Assembly (NCBI GenBank): GCA_947385875.1
Contig: CANDMV010000004.1
Location: 441-64,440 of the forward strand
Length of the DNA stretch: 64,000 nucleotides
Reading direction: 5' to 3'
Source: an uncultured Eubacterium sp.
GTDB lineage: Bacteria; Bacillota; Clostridia; Lachnospirales; Lachnospiraceae
The notes under the pieces are model-generated. The model was not told the DNA's origin, did no database searches, and worked only from the letters and a program-made list of their open reading frames with translations. This document shows, one piece after another, positions 58,935 to 64,000 of this stretch (position 1 is the first letter of the stretch; each line of letters starts with the position of its first letter). The translations under genes were made by a program, and so were the position numbers.

Positions 58935-59615
58935 GTGGAAAAAGTACGTTATATGATTTCAGATGCAGCGAATGCTGTGCAGGTAGAATCACATGTATTG
59001 CGGTACTGGGAAGATGAGCTGGAATTAGATATTCCGCGCAACGAGCTGGGACACCGCTATTATACACAGGAAAACTTACAAGAATTTTTAAGAATAAAGG
59101 AACTGAAAGAACGGGGGTATCAGCTCAAGGCAATCAGGCTGATTCTGCAGGATGAAAAGGAAAGAAAGGAGGAGAGTATTATGGAGCCGGCAATACGAAT
59201 CGAAAAAGTGGACGGCGTGGAAATCGGTGAGGAGGTAAAAGAGAAAGCGATGACTAAGAATGAAGTAATTCATGTAACGCAGAAAACAAATCAATTAACA
59301 GATGAAGAACAGCGCGCGAGACGCATGGAACAGTTTCAGGCTATGATGACAGAAATTGTACGTAAGGCAATCAGCGAAAATAATGGGGAGCTGGGGCAGG
59401 AAGTAGGCATTCAGGTGGGCGAGCATGTAATCAAAGAAATGAATTACCTGATGCGTACACAGGAGGAGCAGGAAGAAGAGCGCTTTCATAAGCTTGATGA
59501 GGCAATACGCAGTTTAGGAAAAGGCGGGAGGAGGGCTAAGAAAGAACGATTGAGCAGAAAAGAACGCAAGCTGCTAAAGATGCAGAATGAAATGGCACCT
59601 GACCTGACGATTTGA
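58935..59615 (+). CDS. MerR-type HTH + coiled-coil protein (RacA-like architecture)
   Basis: GGAGG RBS + GTG; YMISDAANAVQVESHVLRYWE...RNELGHRYY; coiled coil; basic C-terminus. Confidence 0.85.
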   Translation: MEKVRYMISDAANAVQVESHVLRYWEDELELDIPRNELGHRYYTQENLQEFLRIKELKERGYQLKAIRLILQDEKERKEESIMEPAIRIEKVDGVEIGEEVKEKAMTKNEVIHVTQKTNQLTDEEQRARRMEQFQAMMTEIVRKAISENNGELGQEVGIQVGEHVIKEMNYLMRTQEEQEEERFHKLDEAIRSLGKGGRRAKKERLSRKERKLLKMQNEMAPDLTI

Positions 59616-59641
59616 TAAGGGACAAATGAACTTTTAAAATG

Positions 59642-59669
59642 AAAAACCGCCGGATAAACCGGCGGTTTT
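59642..59669. terminator. Bidirectional terminator
   Basis: AAAACCGCCGG/CCGGCGGTTTT between convergent genes. Confidence 0.88.
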
Positions 59670-59692
59670 ATAATGTTATTAACTCTTCGTGA

Positions 59693-59863
59693 TTAACCTT
59701 CTTCAATAGCGCCTGTAGGACATGCACCTGCACAAGAACCACAGCTTACGCATGTATCTTCGTTAATTTCGTATTTTCCATCTCCTGCAGAAATAGCTCC
59801 TACTGGACATTCTCCTTCACATGTTCCACAGCTTACACAAGCATCTGTAATTTTGTATGCCAT
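59693..59863 (-). CDS. 2x[4Fe-4S] clostridial-type ferredoxin (56 aa)
   Basis: MAYKITDACVSCGTCEGECPV...CVSCGSCAGACPTGAI; AGGAGG RBS. Confidence 0.96.
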   Translation of the reverse strand: MAYKITDACVSCGTCEGECPVGAISAGDGKYEINEDTCVSCGSCAGACPTGAIEEG

Positions 59864-60176
59864 ACTTTTAATCCTCCTTAAAATATTGATAGATACGAAC
59901 ATCGTCCGTTGGTCCTATTCTAATACAAAAATAGATTTTATACAAGTGGAAAAATGAATCAGATTTTGAATTGTCTGTATTATTTTTGATACAAAAAAGC
60001 AAATGCAATCCCTTTTCAGTGTCCAGTAGGTTAATATGAAATACTTTGTAATAAACCAATATTTGACATTAAAAGTAGTGTATAGTATATTTATTAGAAA
60101 GTCGGGCAGATTATATAAAAACGCCACGCATTTATTTTTTTAAAATAAACATAACAGAGAAAAGGAGAATTTAAAA

Positions 60177-60383
60177 ATGGCACAGCAGGTTACAAAGACT
60201 ACTATGATAGGTGAATTGCTTCAGATTAACGAAAACATAGCACCGCTTTTGTTAAATATCGGTATGCACTGTCTGGGATGCCCGTCTTCGCAGATGGAAA
60301 CGATTGAAGAAGCAGCTATGGTGCATGGAATTCAGCCAGATGAGCTGGTAACTCAGATTAATGATTTTTTGGCTAATAATTAA
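60177..60383 (+). CDS. DUF1858 (hybrid-cluster-associated redox disulfide domain) protein
   Basis: IGMHCLGCPSSQMETIEEAAMVHG. Confidence 0.92.
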   Translation: MAQQVTKTTMIGELLQINENIAPLLLNIGMHCLGCPSSQMETIEEAAMVHGIQPDELVTQINDFLANN

Positions 60384-60445
60384 GGATAAAGCAATGAAAT
60401 GCATGATGCTAAGAGTATTGGCATAGATGTGAGGAAGCAGCTGCA

Positions 60446-60481
60446 AAAAGCCGGATATGGTAATTACCATATCCGGCTTTT
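60446..60481. terminator. Perfect 36-bp palindrome acting as a bidirectional terminator
   Basis: AAAAGCCGGATATGGTAA|TTACCATATCCGGCTTTT with no spacer. Confidence 0.85.
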
Positions 60482-60502
60482 AAAGTATACAGCAGACTGC
60501 AG

Positions 60503-61318
60503 CTAAATGGCAGCAAACTGCTGTATTGCCTGACTGTGAATCATGCAGTCAAAATGTTCCTGAAAGTAAGCTTCTATTGCTTTTGAAAAATTAAGCTGTG
60601 TGGAATATTCAGATAGAATATTGCATACTTTGTTAAATTCTTCTGGTGTATGGGAGCTCTTATGGACTACCAGATAGAATAAATGAGACTGGGAGTCACG
60701 GAATAAAGAATTGTCCCCATGATAATATCCATTTAATACAGTAGAAATCTTGGACATAGTATCCAGATTTTGAATCAGGAATAATTTTGTCAGGTCTACA
60801 GGTACTTCTATTGCAGGAGAGCTTGGGATTGTCTCTTTTGTTTCATGCTTGACAGCCTGATCTAAAGGGATGAAATCGTTCGGGCCTGCTTTTTTCTTTT
60901 TTGCATTTTCTGCATTGGTACCAGCCTCCTGCTGGATTTTTTGAAATAGATCCAGTATATCATTTGCGCTCGCTGCCTCGTAAGGTTCCCCCTGGTCAAG
61001 AGCATATCCAGAAAAAGCATCATCATAATCCATATCCGAAAATTTTGAAAAGCGTGTATCCAGTTCTTCTGGATATTCTACTTTAGTAATCAGAAGAATG
61101 ATTGTATCCGCGGATACAGGAATGGCTTCGATCATCAAAGGAATATCGTCTGCTTCAAACCCGAATTCATAAGAAGCCTGCTGCATCATATCACGAAACA
61201 GATTTTTGGCTTTTTCTGTACCATATGCAAGTTCACTGATTTTTAAGTGGCGGTCTGCCAGATCTTCTTTTGTCAGTGTGCATCGAATCTGGGTATCACT
61301 TACTTTTTCGATTTTCAT
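60503..61318 (-). CDS. mecA: Adaptor protein MecA
   Basis: MKIEKVSDTQIRCTLTKEDL..R...FRDMM...GF...PLMIEA. Confidence 0.9.
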   Translation of the reverse strand: MKIEKVSDTQIRCTLTKEDLADRHLKISELAYGTEKAKNLFRDMMQQASYEFGFEADDIPLMIEAIPVSADTIILLITKVEYPEELDTRFSKFSDMDYDDAFSGYALDQGEPYEAASANDILDLFQKIQQEAGTNAENAKKKKAGPNDFIPLDQAVKHETKETIPSSPAIEVPVDLTKLFLIQNLDTMSKISTVLNGYYHGDNSLFRDSQSHLFYLVVHKSSHTPEEFNKVCNILSEYSTQLNFSKAIEAYFQEHFDCMIHSQAIQQFAAI

Positions 61319-61486
61319 AGAATCACTCCCTTAATAAATGTCTTATGGTATATACTATTATTTTAAGATTGTAAATGTCAGCTTGAAGTAACCAAAGTAT
61401 ATAAAAAATAAATATGATAGTCAAGCGCATAAAGCACATATTTTTTTAAATTTTTATAAAATATTAAAAAAAATAAAAAAAAGTAC

Positions 61487-61515
61487 TTGCAAAATACATG
61501 ATGCCATGTTATAAC
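61487..61515 (+). promoter_or_regulatory. sigma-A promoter of the kinase operon
   Basis: TTGCAA-N17-TATAAC with a TGn extension; A/T tracts upstream. Confidence 0.7.
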
Positions 61516-61575
61516 AGTTGCAAGAGATGCTGACACCCTTAGTCAGAAAGGAGTTTAAGCATTATAAATTCACAT

Positions 61576-62883
61576 TTGTTCGATAAATACCGCATTATTT
61601 CCAATTTAGGATATGGGAATAGCAGCGAAGTATTTTTAGCCGAACATATAAAGCTTAAGGCGTATCGAGCTATCAAATGCGTGGATAAGACAGCCCGTGA
61701 TGACAAGCAGCCTCAGCTTTATCTGGAAGCAGATATTCTTAAAAATCTGAAACATCCCGGTATCCCCACTATATACGATGTAGAAGAAGATGATAAGTCA
61801 TATTATATCATTGAGGAATATATCCAGGGACAATCTTTGGAAGCATTTGTGCTTCATCAAGATCGTATTTCCATAGATACAGTAATACATATGGCACTGC
61901 AGATTTGTGATGTGATAAAATATCTGCACGATCAGAAACCAGAACCGATTATACATCAGGATCTGAAGCCTGAACACATTATATTATGTGGAAAACGTAT
62001 TGTTTTAATCGATTTTGGTATTTCATCTTATATTACCAGCGATGGAAATACTTTCCAAAATTATGGAACGCAGGGCTATGCTCCGCCTGAAAAATATCAA
62101 GGAATTTCTTGTGATGTCAGGGCAGACTTATATGGCATCGGTAAAGTCTTGGAGTATATGGCGGCAAAAATGCCAATAGATGAGTTCCAATCTCTAAAAC
62201 CGCTGATTGGAAGAGCAACAGCTTATTCCAGAGAAGATCGCTATCCATCTGTGGAGGCGTTAGCAGCACAGTTAGAGGAATTGCTGCAGAGCGGTTATCA
62301 GAAAATTCAGCAAAAACAAAATCAGCATCTCTTAACAGAATTAGCAGTAGCAGGAACGCAGGAGAGAGTAGGAGTGACACATTTTGCCATATCTCTGACC
62401 TGTTTTTATAATCAATATCGAAGTCCCTGCATCTATCAGGAATATTACAAATCTGAATGCATGAGGCTGCTTGCAAAAGAAGACGGCAGCTGTGTGAAAA
62501 AGGATGGAATGATAGTCTATGAAAAGTTTCGGGGAATGCCGTATTATGGCGAAGGAATTGAAGGATGGAACAGGTCGGAAGGTGTATATGTGCAGGATTA
62601 TGGAGTACAGCTATTAAGACTGTTGGAAGAAGACAAGAGAATGATTGTCATTATGGGAAGCAGGCCTTGGGAATGTGAACAGACAAAAAGTGTTCTAGAG
62701 AGAATCTGCTTACGTGAGAATCTGACTCTAATATGCAACTACGGAAATAATATGCAAGCAAAAAAGCTGGCTCGAATGTATCATCATCGCGTATACTGTT
62801 TTCCTTTGGATGTTGATCCGTTTCAAATGACAAGGGAGAAGCGGAGATTATTTCAAAAGATGCTGCTTCAGGAAAGGTGGTGA
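61576..62883 (+). CDS. Hanks-type Ser/Thr kinase fused to a degenerate ParA/MinD-like domain
   Basis: LGYGNSSEV, AIK, HPGIP, HQDLKPEH, LIDFG, GTQGYAPPE, DLYGIG; C-terminal AGTQERVGVTHFAISL. Confidence 0.9.
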   Translation: MFDKYRIISNLGYGNSSEVFLAEHIKLKAYRAIKCVDKTARDDKQPQLYLEADILKNLKHPGIPTIYDVEEDDKSYYIIEEYIQGQSLEAFVLHQDRISIDTVIHMALQICDVIKYLHDQKPEPIIHQDLKPEHIILCGKRIVLIDFGISSYITSDGNTFQNYGTQGYAPPEKYQGISCDVRADLYGIGKVLEYMAAKMPIDEFQSLKPLIGRATAYSREDRYPSVEALAAQLEELLQSGYQKIQQKQNQHLLTELAVAGTQERVGVTHFAISLTCFYNQYRSPCIYQEYYKSECMRLLAKEDGSCVKKDGMIVYEKFRGMPYYGEGIEGWNRSEGVYVQDYGVQLLRLLEEDKRMIVIMGSRPWECEQTKSVLERICLRENLTLICNYGNNMQAKKLARMYHHRVYCFPLDVDPFQMTREKRRLFQKMLLQERW

Positions 62884-62887
62884 ATGT

Positions 62888-63469
62888 ATGGGTGGATTTT
62901 CATTCAGTAGGCTGAAAGAAAAAGTCAGCATAGGGATTATTGGAATTGGAATGGGCTGCGGGGTGACTCATCTGACGATTGCGCTGGCAAATTATCTGCA
63001 GTCAGGAATGGGAAAGAAGACCGCAGTGATCGAATTGTCAGGGCAGAATGCGTTAAAAGATATGATTCAAGAGGAGGGAAACGAGCGGCATGAGCTTTTA
63101 GGCATACATTATTTTACCGATGTCAGCATTGGGAAAATAGCTGAAGTAATCAACAGCCGGTATGAAGCATTTGTGCTGGATCTTGGTGGGGATTATGCCG
63201 CTGCCCGTGAAGAATTCCTTCGATGCGACCGTAAAATTGTGATTGGGAGCATCAGTCCATGGAGAATTACAGCTTATGAACGCTTCTTAAAAAATATTAT
63301 TGCATCAGAAAACTACGAAAGATGGGAATTTCTGGTTTATTTACCTAACCTGGTGGACAAGAAAAGTATACAAAAAAGATATGGAGTAAATATGATAAGC
63401 GTACCATTGATTGAAAATCCATTTTATTTGAAAAAAGAAGATATGATATTTTTACAGAAAATAATATAG
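62888..63469 (+). CDS. Degenerate ParA/MinD/CpaE-like P-loop protein
   Basis: IGIIGIGMGCGVTHLTIALANYL, AVIE, VLDLG; lacks the Walker A lysine. Confidence 0.75.
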   Translation: MGGFSFSRLKEKVSIGIIGIGMGCGVTHLTIALANYLQSGMGKKTAVIELSGQNALKDMIQEEGNERHELLGIHYFTDVSIGKIAEVINSRYEAFVLDLGGDYAAAREEFLRCDRKIVIGSISPWRITAYERFLKNIIASENYERWEFLVYLPNLVDKKSIQKRYGVNMISVPLIENPFYLKKEDMIFLQKII

Positions 63470-63506
63470 GGGGATCAATTAGATATTACGATTTCGAACA
63501 AAAGCA

Positions 63507-63845
63507 ATGATGCTGTATGGAATAGCAGGAGCATGTATTGCGGGAATTCCGCTTGCTTTGGCATTGGTCTATCAGTGTTGCTTGAATGCAGGCTTAAATC
63601 AGCAGATCATAGATTACAAAGAGAAAGAGAAAAAGTATCTGTATCTGTCTGTGTGGACATTGAAGGAAGATATTGACGCAGGAGAAAAAGTAACCAGAGC
63701 TAGTCTGGAAAAAAGAGAAAGATGGGTTCCAAAAGCAGACAATGTTGACGAAATGTTGGACATTAAGCAGATTGCAGGATGTAGGGCAAAGATAGATTTG
63801 AAAAAGGGAGTGGTTATGCAGACTGATTTATTATATGAGAAGTAG
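63507..63845 (+). CDS. SAF-domain (CpaB/RcpC-like) membrane protein, apparently truncated
   Basis: N-terminal TM, VWTLKEDIDAGEKVT...AKIDLKKGVVMQTDLL SAF pattern; downstream sequence still looks protein-like but in broken frames. Confidence 0.65.
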   Translation: MMLYGIAGACIAGIPLALALVYQCCLNAGLNQQIIDYKEKEKKYLYLSVWTLKEDIDAGEKVTRASLEKRERWVPKADNVDEMLDIKQIAGCRAKIDLKKGVVMQTDLLYEK

Positions 63846-64000
63846 GGCTGGAAAATAATGAACCGAGGTTTTATACGTATCAAAGTTAAGCGGCAAAGGG
63901 GATACTGCCGCAGAATACGTAGAATGGTGGTTTGTCATAAGAAACAGCTGTTAGAATAAAGATCAGAGTTATACTGCAAAAGAGAAACTGATGTAACAGT

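Overview
AT-rich chromosomal window from a spore-forming Clostridia member, most likely Lachnospiraceae. This placement is inferred from gene content and protein style, not from a search. Most genes are on the + strand. The housekeeping backbone is tyrS (with a Tyr T-box), metG-tatD-rsmA, spoIID/spoIIQ-like genes, a DEAD-box helicase, glgB, spmB, cobB, rpsF-ssb-rpsR, gdpP-rplI-dnaB, ferredoxin and mecA. Accessory patches include two ECF sigma modules with an ABC exporter, an AAA-ATPase patch, a LytTR/GHKL-GH2-GH3-MFS sugar locus, and a Ser/Thr kinase + ParA-like + SAF gene cluster at the right edge that resembles the start of a tad/flp pilus locus. The best unannotated system is a complete candidate type I toxin-antitoxin locus between metG and tatD, absent from the ORF track: a 33-aa membrane peptide with a sequestered SD, plus a convergent ~100-nt antisense RNA. 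The window also contains a MITE-like nested inverted repeat, dispersed REP-like hairpins, several degenerate tandem arrays, a diverged solitary purM paralog and many decayed genes. No CRISPR array, rRNA, tRNA, transposase or reverse transcriptase was recognised. All family assignments are by eye from motifs; no database search was run.
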